Shown: positions 19,353 through 28,696 of the stretch, piece after piece
Layout of the letters: the number at the start of each line of letters is the position of its first letter
Position numbering within the stretch: position 1 is the stretch's first letter
Position numbers and translations under genes: made by a program
Assembly: GCA_023144005.1 (NCBI GenBank)
Contig: JAGLGN010000032.1
Span: forward strand, 5,606-69,605
Direction: 5' to 3'
From: a bacterium
GTDB lineage: Bacteria; AUK180
Length of the DNA: 64,000 nt
The notes under the pieces: model-generated
Database searches by the model: none
What the model was told of the DNA's origin: nothing
The model's input: only the letters and a program-made list of their open reading frames with translations

Positions 19353-19994
19353 TTATTTATTCAGAAGTTCTGTAATGAACTTCATCTCGGGCTGCGCGCC
19401 CACAGTAATATTCTCTTCCTTGAGGTCCACGACCTGCTGAGGAACTGAAGACACATTGAATCTTTCGGATAATTCCTGTGCTTCGGTAGCTTCGACACAA
19501 ATCCCGCGAACCTTTTTATTGACAAAGGCGAGCGAATGCGCCAGGACAACAGAGCCCGGGCAATATGGACATGTGGGAGTAACAAAAACATGTATCGTCT
19601 TCTCGGTATCCAGCTCTCCGATCTTCTTTATTCCATTATCGGACAGTGAGCTTTTTCCGGAAGCGAGCATCTTGATCCCTTCGATAAGGCTCCTCGCCTC
19701 ATATCCAAGGGGCGCACCCATGAATTCGATTCGGTAACCTTGATCGTAACCCAGAAAGATATAGGGGAATACATTGATCTGATTCTTCTTGGAAATTTCA
19801 GAATCGCTTGGCAGCACTTCCACTTTTATCTTATCACTGAGCTCCGACAACTCACTTAAAAAATTAATTGTAAATTCCGTATACTCGTTATCTTCAGGTC
19901 CCTTGATCACCTTCACATCCACATCATTCTTGAAGGATGCGAATTCTTTTACCAACTCTTTGTGATCATTTTCGCCTATCAATCTCTCGGCCAT
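19353..19994 (-). CDS. Glutaredoxin-like / protein-disulfide oxidoreductase (PDO-type, two thioredoxin-fold halves)
   Basis: 213 aa. C-terminal half carries the CPYC active site (TPTCPYCPGSVVLAHSLA). GGAG RBS. Confidence 0.7.
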   Translation of the reverse strand: MAERLIGENDHKELVKEFASFKNDVDVKVIKGPEDNEYTEFTINFLSELSELSDKIKVEVLPSDSEISKKNQINVFPYIFLGYDQGYRIEFMGAPLGYEARSLIEGIKMLASGKSSLSDNGIKKIGELDTEKTIHVFVTPTCPYCPGSVVLAHSLAFVNKKVRGICVEATEAQELSERFNVSSVPQQVVDLKEENITVGAQPEMKFITELLNK

Positions 19995-20073
19995 ATCTTT
20001 CTCCTAATATAATGATTTGTTATTTTACCAAATTTATTGATTGAATTCAAGATAATCCGCAAGCCAGTTTAAT

Positions 20074-20094
20074 GTGTCATGCGTGGCGTGACAC
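20074..20094. promoter_or_regulatory. Inverted repeat GTGTCA-N9-TGACAC
   Basis: Read directly from the sequence. Lies upstream of the candidate -35 of the PDO/acd/etf operon. Confidence 0.4.
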
Positions 20095-20108
20095 GTATCA
20101 CGTGCATC

Positions 20109-20142
20109 ATGTCGCATTGTCGTAATTACGACAATGCGACAT
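20109..20142. promoter_or_regulatory. 34-bp perfect palindrome ATGTCGCATTGTCGTAA|TTACGACAATGCGACAT, a candidate operator
   Basis: Perfect 17+17 dyad read from the sequence. Sits 8 nt after the arsR stop and about 115-150 bp upstream of the PDO-acd-etfBA operon start. No U-tract follows on either strand. Confidence 0.5.
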
Positions 20143-20149
20143 TGAACAA

Positions 20150-20431
20150 TTAGTTTCTACTTAATATTTCTTCAACATGTTCTATTATTTCCAGGATTTC
20201 TCTCTTCTTCAAACTGTTTAGCACATTTCTATCCTCCGTAATATAGTACAAAATATCGAGGTCTCTTAATATTTTTAGATGCTTTGATACAGTTGTAGGA
20301 CTTTTCCCTATCAGAGTTCCAATTTCGCCCGTACATACCGCTCGCTTTGACAGCAACTTTATTATTTTATAACGAGTGGGACAACTCAATGCCTTAAAAA
20401 TACTTACTGCTCTTTTCTCTGCTTCTTTCAT
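20150..20431 (-). CDS. arsR: ArsR/SmtB-family transcriptional regulator
   Basis: 93 aa winged-HTH (FKALSCPTRYKIIKLL). Confidence 0.8.
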   Translation of the reverse strand: MKEAEKRAVSIFKALSCPTRYKIIKLLSKRAVCTGEIGTLIGKSPTTVSKHLKILRDLDILYYITEDRNVLNSLKKREILEIIEHVEEILSRN

Positions 20432-20497
20432 TATTTAATCCCCCCTTCTATGATCTTAGTAGTTTTCTTTCTTCTATCTTATCTTCTATTCTGAAGC

Positions 20498-20923
20498 TCA
20501 GCGCCTTAACTCTATTAGCTCTCGCAATCTCGCGATATCATTCCGCATTCCCTGCAGCATTTTCGAATCAGCCTTCAGGAGTAATTTCACTCCCGCTGAA
20601 ATAAGTGTCTTTGCAAAACCGGCTGCTATCGAAAGAAGTATAATAAATGCGAATATGCCGATACCGACACGGAAATTTTCGGGGATACTGATATCTACCC
20701 GCCCCGTATCTTGAGTCTTGATCCGGCTTACCATTTCACTTTGGAAATAGTCGACAAGGCCTACTTTTTCAGGTGATTTTATCATACCGATAAGATTGCT
20801 GAAAACCCAGATACCCAGAGCAATGCCGATGCCGATCAGAAGGAAGCCCAGCAGGCGATTTACCCGCGCATTCCTATCTTCACTGGATTCAGTCAAAAGC
20901 TGATTGTCATTTTCAATATCCAT
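20498..20923 (-). CDS. Small membrane protein of unknown function (2 TM)
   Basis: Start trimmed to the ATG at 20923 (MDIENDNQ), which has an AAGGAG RBS. Two hydrophobic helices. No recognisable family. Confidence 0.5.
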   Translation of the reverse strand: MDIENDNQLLTESSEDRNARVNRLLGFLLIGIGIALGIWVFSNLIGMIKSPEKVGLVDYFQSEMVSRIKTQDTGRVDISIPENFRVGIGIFAFIILLSIAAGFAKTLISAGVKLLLKADSKMLQGMRNDIARLRELIELRR

Positions 20924-21101
20924 GTCCGCTCCTTTTCTCATTATACTTGTTTCAGGAAAGTATTTCAAGATATGCGCAGCAAGCCTTTGGCAGTACGAAG
21001 TGGTAGTAGAGGAAATGAATAATTGGAAAATGAATAATGGAGAGGGTATTACGAGAAATTGTCAATTGCTTTTATCCACATTAGACGCGATACGTCAAAC
21101 G

Positions 21102-21518
21102 TCACATGTTCAATATCAACAACTGAAATTTCTCGCCAAGCTGCAGGATCTTCTTTCTTATCAAGTCACGGGATTCTGAATACTTCGGCAGGTCACCGCC
21201 CCAGGGGTCTTCAATACCCCAATCCTCAATGATCTTGCCTGATAACTCAGGGCAAGAGATCTCACAACCCATCTTTATCACGATGTCAAACTCCGAGGGG
21301 ATCTCCCGCAAGGATTTTGGAGAGTATGCTGAGATATCTATGCCTTCCTGTCTCATCACTTCAATGGCGTTCACGGCAACTTGCTTTGAGGGTGAAGTGC
21401 CGGCGCTGAATATCTCGACTGATTCTTTATACAATGCCCTGGCGAATCCTTCCGCCATCTGACTGCGGCACGAATTCCCTATGCATACGAATGCTATTTT
21501 CAAATTAGCTTCCTTCAT
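21102..21518 (-). CDS. arsC: Arsenate reductase, LMW-PTP family (thioredoxin-coupled ArsC)
   Basis: 138 aa. CIGNSCRS P-loop. Downstream Cys present. Confidence 0.85.
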   Translation of the reverse strand: MKEANLKIAFVCIGNSCRSQMAEGFARALYKESVEIFSAGTSPSKQVAVNAIEVMRQEGIDISAYSPKSLREIPSEFDIVIKMGCEISCPELSGKIIEDWGIEDPWGGDLPKYSESRDLIRKKILQLGEKFQLLILNM

Positions 21519-22462
21519 TTAGATCTCCGCCCAAAGCGAACAGGTATCATATCTTTGAGAGCGGCATTGAAGAGAGAGAAGGTGTCCTGTCGATAGATCT
21601 TTTTGAGAATATCGTACAATTTCTGATGCTTTCTCTTCATTTTCGCAGGGGCCTCAAAGAAGTATTCGCTGACCACGGAGAAAAATTCCGCCTCATTGGT
21701 TCCCCCGTAGGGATTGATATCGCTACGCCCGGATCTGATACGGCCCAGTTCATCTGCCATTATTTTACGCCAGCTCTCGATCAGGCCGTGGCTGGAAAGC
21801 AGAAAGGAAGGAATGCCGTCAATACTGCCGTCCGCTCCGTCTATCTTATGGACAAACTCGTGTATACCCACATTTGTACCGTCATCTGCATCCTTGAATG
21901 AGGAGTACAGATATGTTCTCGAAAGGATCATCGTCGTACCCCCGTCCACAAGGCCCATTATCCTTCCGCCCTTTCCTTGTTCATAATCCTCATTGAAACC
22001 ACCCGGATAGATCAGGATCTCGTTCAATTTGGAATACTCCCAGCCGGGAAGTTTGAAGATGGGGATAATGGCTCCAGCGGCGGTCAAGACCTTGTCTTTT
22101 TCGTTGATCTCAGTATCCACGGGCGTGATATGCTTCTCTCCGAGAAATATCTTCATCAGAGCCTCAAAACGCTTCTTCTCCTTTATCGGCAAGGCATTGT
22201 AGTATTTCACTTCGCTTTTGAGTATATCATACCATTCTGAAAGCATCTCACCCTTGACCAGGCGCATTCTGCGGCGCGAATTATGCGTAAAAATGAAGTA
22301 CAATACAATAAAGAGCAAGACCGCGGATAAAAGCGCAATAGCAAATCTCGCCGTGACAAAAGTCTCACCGAATCCAAGGGTTATTATGGGAGCGGATATC
22401 AGAAAGGCACCGAATAACGATAATCTCGAAATGAACCAGTTATGCCCCTTGGAATACTCCAT
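21515..22462 (-). CDS. Membrane-anchored zinc metallopeptidase, MtfA/M90-like
   Basis: 315 aa. N-terminal TM helices. HEFVHKID HExxH zinc motif. Confidence 0.6.
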   Translation of the reverse strand: MEYSKGHNWFISRLSLFGAFLISAPIITLGFGETFVTARFAIALLSAVLLFIVLYFIFTHNSRRRMRLVKGEMLSEWYDILKSEVKYYNALPIKEKKRFEALMKIFLGEKHITPVDTEINEKDKVLTAAGAIIPIFKLPGWEYSKLNEILIYPGGFNEDYEQGKGGRIMGLVDGGTTMILSRTYLYSSFKDADDGTNVGIHEFVHKIDGADGSIDGIPSFLLSSHGLIESWRKIMADELGRIRSGRSDINPYGGTNEAEFFSVVSEYFFEAPAKMKRKHQKLYDILKKIYRQDTFSLFNAALKDMIPVRFGRRSK

Positions 22463-23526
22463 TACTTGAACCTGAGCACCGCACTTACGGGGTTATGATC
22501 ACTATTGGTGAAACCAAGATCGTGCCCCTTTACCGAGATCACCTCGATATTTGGAGAAAGTAAAAAGCCGTCAATAACGGTGACAAAGTTCTCACCTTCC
22601 ACATAGGGGGCATCATTATCGCGGCATGTCCAAATGCTCTCATCCACAGCCCAGTGAAAAGTTTCCGGTGTAAAATCATCCGGCAAGAGTACAAGCCATG
22701 CAGGCCATACTTCATCCGGCCGTTTTTCTTCCAATTGCTTCTTTGACAGCAGATGGTTCCAATCGCCTCCGAGAATGAGGTAGGTGTTCTCGTCATATTT
22801 TTCGGCGATATAATCCTTCACATATTTGATCTGATGCTTTCTCACCTTGCCGCCTTTGTCATAAGCGGAGAGATGAAGATTGATCAATATCAGTTTCTTC
22901 CCTTCTGCCATCGGGATAACTGTCTCCAAAAGGCATCGGTCCAGAACAAAGAGCTGTCTGGGGAAATCTTCCTTACCGGGAAGCTGCAGCCGGCGGGAAT
23001 GTTCAAACGGGTATTTTGAAAATGTGCAAAGCCCCGAGTGGACTGAACCCATCGGGTTTTTCATCGGGACGGGAACCCATGAGACCTTGTAATTAAGCGC
23101 GAATACATTATTATACTCGGGAAGGGCGTTGCGGAAACGCTCCAATTGATTCAATTTCCAGCTTCGAGAGGCCTTCACATCGATCTCTTGAATTAAGAGA
23201 ATATCGGGCGAGATCGCCTTGATAAAATCCAGTATGCTCACACAATTTTCAAGCGTCTTCTCATGACTTTCGGACCTGGACATCAGGCCGCCGTCCATAA
23301 AGAAATCCCGGCCCTTATCCAAGCCGCAATACCCAATATTGAAAGTGGTCAGTGCGAAGGTGTCTCCCAAGGTCAATTCTTTCGCCCTTTTTCCGGGAAA
23401 TACTGAAAGATCCGTTACTTCGGGCGGCTTGAAATCCGCTATCACCATGGAGAGCACAAATAATCCAAAGAGTAGGATAGGGATGGAAACACCTATACCG
23501 ACCCATTTCAAAGCTTTTTTCATCAC
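22462..23526 (-). CDS. Endonuclease/exonuclease/phosphatase (EEP) family protein, secreted or membrane-anchored
   Basis: 354 aa. N-terminal signal/TM. C-terminal GHDLGFTNSDHNPVSAVLRF is the EEP catalytic His motif. Confidence 0.7.
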   Translation of the reverse strand: MMKKALKWVGIGVSIPILLFGLFVLSMVIADFKPPEVTDLSVFPGKRAKELTLGDTFALTTFNIGYCGLDKGRDFFMDGGLMSRSESHEKTLENCVSILDFIKAISPDILLIQEIDVKASRSWKLNQLERFRNALPEYNNVFALNYKVSWVPVPMKNPMGSVHSGLCTFSKYPFEHSRRLQLPGKEDFPRQLFVLDRCLLETVIPMAEGKKLILINLHLSAYDKGGKVRKHQIKYVKDYIAEKYDENTYLILGGDWNHLLSKKQLEEKRPDEVWPAWLVLLPDDFTPETFHWAVDESIWTCRDNDAPYVEGENFVTVIDGFLLSPNIEVISVKGHDLGFTNSDHNPVSAVLRFK

Positions 23527-24332
23527 TTATCCCCACCGATCTGAAATTCCTTACCTATGAGTAATGCAAAATACAGATCGTAATACTTGTCTCTGAGAAA
23601 TCCTCCGAGAATGGTAACTACATATGCCCCTTTCGCGAAACCGCTTTGGGGAGTAAAAATGGAGGTTAGCGAAATCCTCTGTGATATATACTTCGAATCA
23701 GGGATATAAAGGTAATAATGCTGCAGTCCCAGCATAATACCCGGATTGAACTTATACAGGAAATATGTTTCATTCTCTAGGTTGACATCCTCTTGCGCCA
23801 TTATTGCATTACTCATCCTTTCAAAAAAATACTTCGAGCGGGTGCCCATATTAAAATAATTGATGGTGAGACTGTGCATGGCTATCATTTTCCCGAATGC
23901 CATCTTCACGGTCGGACAGAGATATGCGTATGTTCCTGTCCTGTTCAGGGGTTCAAGCAGATCCAATGCCGCGTCATCAAAGTCACTATCATATCCCTGA
24001 AGCTCAAGAAACGGGAAGCCCAATACCTCGAAGGCGGCGAATACACCGGCAGACAATGTAATGTCCAAAATGGCGATGGGTTCGATATTCATCCTCACTC
24101 CCAGGTAGTCATAGCTTGGGGTTAACTTATTCTGAATACCGATATCGATCTTTGAATCCTTAAAAAGGATATTATCAGAATCGTAGAGATCGAATCTGAT
24201 AAACAGCCGAGAATCATTCTGTATCCCCGGCGGATACTGAAGGGCGAAACTGGATGTATAATACAATTCGGAGCAAACCGCAGTCTGCAATAATAGCGCG
24301 AGGATAAATAACAACACTTTTTTCATATGCAC
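23523..24332 (-). CDS. Hypothetical secreted or outer-membrane protein
   Basis: 269 aa. Signal peptide MKKVLLFILALLLQTAVCS. Aromatic-rich beta-type composition. No family recognised. Confidence 0.4.
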   Translation of the reverse strand: MHMKKVLLFILALLLQTAVCSELYYTSSFALQYPPGIQNDSRLFIRFDLYDSDNILFKDSKIDIGIQNKLTPSYDYLGVRMNIEPIAILDITLSAGVFAAFEVLGFPFLELQGYDSDFDDAALDLLEPLNRTGTYAYLCPTVKMAFGKMIAMHSLTINYFNMGTRSKYFFERMSNAIMAQEDVNLENETYFLYKFNPGIMLGLQHYYLYIPDSKYISQRISLTSIFTPQSGFAKGAYVVTILGGFLRDKYYDLYFALLIGKEFQIGGDK

Positions 24333-24435
24333 CTCATTGTATTATTATACTGTGAATAGCAGGTACGGTCAAGCAAATATCCGCTCAATCGGCAGTTGAC
24401 TAAATTCACATATTTTTGCTATAATATAAGCAAAT

Positions 24436-25212
24436 ATGGATAATGACGTATTCCAATTCGCCTTAAACCTCGTATTAGATGCCGGCAAGCTTTTCAAAGA
24501 AGGCTATCACCACCCCAAAGAAGTGAAGATGAAGGGTCAGCGGGAGATGGTGACCAAAACGGATGAGGATATCGAAAAACTCATCAAGGACCGATTCGCA
24601 GAGAGATTCCCCGATATCATATTTATCGGTGAAGAGAAATCCGCGGACGCTCCATTCGGAAAGGGGCGCAATATTATTCTTGATCCGGTTGACGGTACGA
24701 TGAACTTCATACACAAGATCCCTTTTACGGCGATCTCTCTGGGTTTCTATGAGGACGCAAAGGGGGTCTTCGGAATGGTCTATAACCCCATACTGGAAGA
24801 ATTCTTCGTAGGAGTAGAGGGCGAAGGGAGTTATCTCAACAACGCTCACATTAGAGTTTCCAAAATATCAACTGTCAATGATTCCCTGCTGGCTACTGGG
24901 CTGCCATATGACAGAACAGAACATTCAAATTTGGACCATATCTCAAAGATCGGCCCTATATGCCGTGACATCCGTAGGTTGGGGTCAGCCGCGCTCGATA
25001 TGTGCTATACCGCCAACGGGACATTTGACGGATATTGGGAGCTCGGATTGAAAGCATGGGATGTGGCGGCGGGAGCGATCATCGTAAACAATGCAGGTGG
25101 AAAGATCACTAATTTTAACAATGAGAAGCTGGATCTCTTTGCAGGAGATTTCTTAGCTTCCAATGGAAAGATACATAATGAAATTCATGGACTTATCAAG
25201 GAGGGTTTATGA
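24436..25212 (+). CDS. suhB: Inositol monophosphatase family protein (SuhB-like)
   Basis: 258 aa. DPVDGT and WELGLKAWDVAAG motifs. Confidence 0.85.
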   Translation: MDNDVFQFALNLVLDAGKLFKEGYHHPKEVKMKGQREMVTKTDEDIEKLIKDRFAERFPDIIFIGEEKSADAPFGKGRNIILDPVDGTMNFIHKIPFTAISLGFYEDAKGVFGMVYNPILEEFFVGVEGEGSYLNNAHIRVSKISTVNDSLLATGLPYDRTEHSNLDHISKIGPICRDIRRLGSAALDMCYTANGTFDGYWELGLKAWDVAAGAIIVNNAGGKITNFNNEKLDLFAGDFLASNGKIHNEIHGLIKEGL

Positions 25213-25853
25213 GCTTTTTCAGCACAGGTAAGATAGAAAAAGAGGTCAAAGAGCTTATTCATCAACACATTGACCTGGTTGATCAATGTTTGATGGATCT
25301 GAACAAAATGCTGGTATCCGCATGCGCGAAAGAGGGACAATGTCCCGAATTCACCATAAGGATACACAATAATGAAACCGCGGCGGATAAGCTGAGACGA
25401 GTAATTCTCCAGAAGATAGAAAAGGGAGCGTTCCTTCCCAATCTGAGGGGAGAATTATTGAAGCTCATCGAAATAATCGATGATGTTGCAAACAGGTCTG
25501 AAACCGTTGGGGATTACTATGTCCTTTATCAACCGGAGTTCACCGACGAAGAGGCAAAGACACTGGTCGAGATCGGCAAGATGACCAAGGTAGCCTTTGA
25601 TCTTCTCAAAGAGGCATACGGAAGCCTTTTCAAGAATTTCAAAAAGACCGTTGAGAAGTGCGCGGAAATAGAATTAATTGAAGAGCAAATTGATACGATC
25701 GAGTGGAGGATACGCAAAGATATCTTCAAGGGAGAGGACCTGGCTATGAATATCCTGAAAAAGGATTATGTGCTCCTTCTTTGCGATATCTCCGACAAGA
25801 TCGAGGACGCCAGTGATATGCTTGAGATAATGGTTGTAAGAAGGAAGGCGTAG
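25209..25853 (+). CDS. DUF47 / PhoU-like putative phosphate transport regulator
   Basis: 214 aa helical protein directly upstream of a PiT transporter. Family is typically paired with PiT. Confidence 0.7.
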   Translation: MSFFSTGKIEKEVKELIHQHIDLVDQCLMDLNKMLVSACAKEGQCPEFTIRIHNNETAADKLRRVILQKIEKGAFLPNLRGELLKLIEIIDDVANRSETVGDYYVLYQPEFTDEEAKTLVEIGKMTKVAFDLLKEAYGSLFKNFKKTVEKCAEIELIEEQIDTIEWRIRKDIFKGEDLAMNILKKDYVLLLCDISDKIEDASDMLEIMVVRRKA

Positions 25854-25857
25854 AATA

Positions 25858-26832
25858 TTGTCTTTTCTAAATATATTACCTAAAATATTACCCGGAACCT
25901 TCCTGGGATGGGGATTGGGGGCAAATGACGCCTCTAATATTTTCGGAACCGCTGTTGCCAACAATATCATCAAGTTCTACCATGCCGCTATACTGGCAAG
26001 TATATTCGTTATCGTGGGATCATTCCTCGAAGGGCCGAAAACCTTTGACACAGTCGGCGGCCTCGCAGCGATCACAAAAGGCGACCTCGCGGCGATCACG
26101 CTTGGCGCCGCGGTCAGCGTAGCTTTCTTCACCTATTTGAAACTTCCCATCTCAACCTCTCAGGCATTGGTCGGCTCGATCCTCGGGATCGGTATAATAA
26201 AAGGTTCTGATATCGACCTCAAGATCCTTTTGAAGATCGTTCTTTGCTGGATCACAACCCCGCTGGGAGCGTTCATCATCGGATTTATTTTATATGCGTT
26301 CATCAAATGGATCTTCTCCAAATTCAATTACGGTGTACTCTTTTACAGCATCTTCATAAAGGTCGGGATCCTGCTCGCGGGCATAATGGGTTCCTATTCA
26401 TTGGGTGCCAATAATGTAGGGAATGTCACCGGTATTTACGCTGTGCATATGAAGATCGCGAATCTGCCTTTCGGCCTTTCCTCAGATCGTTTCTGGGCGC
26501 TTTTGGGCGGCATTTCGATCGCCATAGGCATAATGACCTATTCCAAAAGGGTGATGGAAACCGTTGGCAAGAAGATAACGAACATGCTGCCGATGATGGC
26601 TCTGATCTCTGTTGTGGCACAAAGTATTACCGTTTACATTTACACCAATGTTGGCGTACCTGTATCGACATCACAGGCAATAGTCGGCGCAGTGGCCGGC
26701 GTAGGCGCTGTACACGGTTTTTCAAGCGTGAACTTCAAGTCCATCGGACGGATAGCCATCGGATGGTTGATGACACCTATCGCCGCGGGAGCAGTTGCCA
26801 TAGGAACATATTTCTTGTTTAAACTGTTTTAA
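25858..26832 (+). CDS. Inorganic phosphate transporter, PiT family
   Basis: 324 aa, TTG start with an AAGGAAGG RBS. Two GANDxxN signatures (GANDASNIFG, GANNVGNVTG). Confidence 0.85.
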   Translation: MSFLNILPKILPGTFLGWGLGANDASNIFGTAVANNIIKFYHAAILASIFVIVGSFLEGPKTFDTVGGLAAITKGDLAAITLGAAVSVAFFTYLKLPISTSQALVGSILGIGIIKGSDIDLKILLKIVLCWITTPLGAFIIGFILYAFIKWIFSKFNYGVLFYSIFIKVGILLAGIMGSYSLGANNVGNVTGIYAVHMKIANLPFGLSSDRFWALLGGISIAIGIMTYSKRVMETVGKKITNMLPMMALISVVAQSITVYIYTNVGVPVSTSQAIVGAVAGVGAVHGFSSVNFKSIGRIAIGWLMTPIAAGAVAIGTYFLFKLF

Positions 26833-26833
26833 A

Positions 26834-27613
26834 ATGGAATTAAAAGATATTCAAAGGGAATTGCCTGAATTTAAAGAGAAGATCGACCTTGTCGGCGTTA
26901 AGAACATCTGCGCTCCCATAAGGATCAAGGACAGGGCGAATAAGGTGCAGAATACAGTGGCGAAAATTGAAATGTCCGTATGCCTGCCTCATCATCAGAG
27001 GGGCACTCATATGAGCCGTTTCACGGAGCAGCTGCACCTCTCTGAAAGGACACTTTCCTATAAGACCTTAAAGAAAACCCTTGAGGACCTTCAGAAAATA
27101 CTGCATGCTGATTCATCCTTCATTATCGTAAGATTCCCCTATTTCATTAAAAAGACCGCCCCTGTATCGAAATCAAAGAGCCTTATGAATTATGATGTGG
27201 AATTCACCGGACGGTTAAAGAATGGGAAATTCTTATTCACTTTGACAGTAAAAGTTCCTGTTATGACACTTTGCCCGTGTTCTAAGGAGATCAGCGAGAA
27301 CGGCGCTCACAATCAGAGGGCATTTGTAACGATCTCCATTGACACCAACAGCTTTGTCTGGATCGAGGACTTGGTCAAGCTTGCCGAAAACAGCGCATCC
27401 GCCCCTCTATATATGACGCTGAAGCGGCCCGATGAGAAATTCATTACCGAGCTCTCCTATAATAATCCTCGATTCGTGGAGGATGTAGTAAGAAAGGTGG
27501 CAGACGGACTGAAGGGGATCAGCAAGATAAGGAGATTTAGAGTAGAGGTTGAGTCTCAGGAATCCATACACAATCATTCTGCTTACGCCTTCATAGAGTA
27601 TGAGAAAGAATAA
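26834..27613 (+). CDS. folE2: GTP cyclohydrolase FolE2/MptA-like (T-fold)
   Basis: 259 aa. N-terminal LPEF...IDLVGVKNICAPIRI and a conserved Cys/His/Glu pattern reminiscent of FolE2. Assigned from memory of the family, not verified. Confidence 0.5.
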   Translation: MELKDIQRELPEFKEKIDLVGVKNICAPIRIKDRANKVQNTVAKIEMSVCLPHHQRGTHMSRFTEQLHLSERTLSYKTLKKTLEDLQKILHADSSFIIVRFPYFIKKTAPVSKSKSLMNYDVEFTGRLKNGKFLFTLTVKVPVMTLCPCSKEISENGAHNQRAFVTISIDTNSFVWIEDLVKLAENSASAPLYMTLKRPDEKFITELSYNNPRFVEDVVRKVADGLKGISKIRRFRVEVESQESIHNHSAYAFIEYEKE

Positions 27614-28181
27614 AGCCATCGGGATCGATATCGATGCCGTTCTGGCAGATTCTGATCCCGTATTCATCAAAGAACTTCAGCAGATAACCGGCAAGGAGTT
27701 TATCAGAACTAAGGAAACGCCATTCAAATACGAGGATGCCTTCGGTATTGATGAAGACACAATGAACATCTTCTGGGATACCTTTACCCGCAAGAACGGC
27801 TGGATTGATATTCCCGTTCTCTCAGGCGCTGTTGAAGCGGTCAAGCTGCTCCACGAGGAGTATCATATCGCCATTGTTTCAGCAAGGCCGCAGGTCCTGG
27901 AAACACAGACAGTCAAATGGCTAGAGCTCAACAATATCCCGTTCGACGAGATATTCTTCACTGATTTTGAAGATAAGGCACAAAAACTGTCGCATCTTGA
28001 TGAATTGGAATACTTTCTGGAAGACAATCCCATTTTTATAATGGATCTGATAAAACGGGGTGTACATATTCTGCTTTTTGATTATCCGTGGAATCAGAAT
28101 TTTACTGATCCTGGAGTTACAAGGGTCTTCGGTTGGGAGGATGTCTATAAATTGTTCTTCAAGTCCAATCGCGCCAGATAG
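27600..28181 (+). CDS. HAD-family 5'(3')-deoxyribonucleotidase-like protein (NT5C type)
   Basis: 193 aa. N-terminal GIDIDAVLAD DxDxV HAD motif I typical of the NT5C family. Confidence 0.6.
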   Translation: MRKNKAIGIDIDAVLADSDPVFIKELQQITGKEFIRTKETPFKYEDAFGIDEDTMNIFWDTFTRKNGWIDIPVLSGAVEAVKLLHEEYHIAIVSARPQVLETQTVKWLELNNIPFDEIFFTDFEDKAQKLSHLDELEYFLEDNPIFIMDLIKRGVHILLFDYPWNQNFTDPGVTRVFGWEDVYKLFFKSNRAR

Positions 28182-28696
28182 TCGATAAACGAATAGAGAG
28201 TTACACCGAAAAGCATCCAATTGGCGATGGTCAGGGATATTCCCTTCCAGCCGATCATCATTGCGGCATCTCCCGCTGAATCAACCACAAGCAAAAGAAT
28301 GAATATGATAGCTATCATCTGAACGGTTGTCTTTATCTTCCCTGAAAGCATTGCGGGTATCACTTTTCCCTTGGCGGATATGACCATTCTTAATCCGGTA
28401 ATAGTGAATTCCCTGAAAAGAATGAAGATCACGATCCATGCCGGAGTGATACCGTACTTGACGAAAAGGATCAATGCTGAAAAGACCAGGATCTTATCCG
28501 CCAGCGGATCGGCGAATTTACCAAAATCAGATACGGCATTGTATTTTCTGGCTATCAAACCGTCAAAAAAGTCGGTGACCGCGGAAATGATAAATGCGGC
28601 GCCGGCAAATGTGAATGCTTCTATCTCGAATAAATAAACAAAGAGCGCTGCCAGGATTATCCTGACGGCAGTCAAAATATTTGGTACTTTTTTCAT
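28145..28696 (-). CDS. pgsA: CDP-diacylglycerol--glycerol-3-phosphate 3-phosphatidyltransferase
   Basis: 183 aa. CDP-alcohol phosphatidyltransferase motif DFFDGLIARKYNAVSDFGKFADPLADK. Confidence 0.8.
   Translation of the reverse strand: MKKVPNILTAVRIILAALFVYLFEIEAFTFAGAAFIISAVTDFFDGLIARKYNAVSDFGKFADPLADKILVFSALILFVKYGITPAWIVIFILFREFTITGLRMVISAKGKVIPAMLSGKIKTTVQMIAIIFILLLVVDSAGDAAMMIGWKGISLTIANWMLFGVTLYSFIDYLARLDLKNNL

Noticed and set aside
20109-20142. 34-bp palindrome as an intrinsic terminator for arsR
   Set aside because: No U-rich tract follows on either strand. A perfect 17+17 dyad with no loop is more typical of a protein-binding operator. It is kept as a regulatory candidate instead.
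20150-21518. ars cluster as a mobile resistance island
   Set aside because: No transposase, integrase or flanking repeats are present. Composition matches the surrounding genes.
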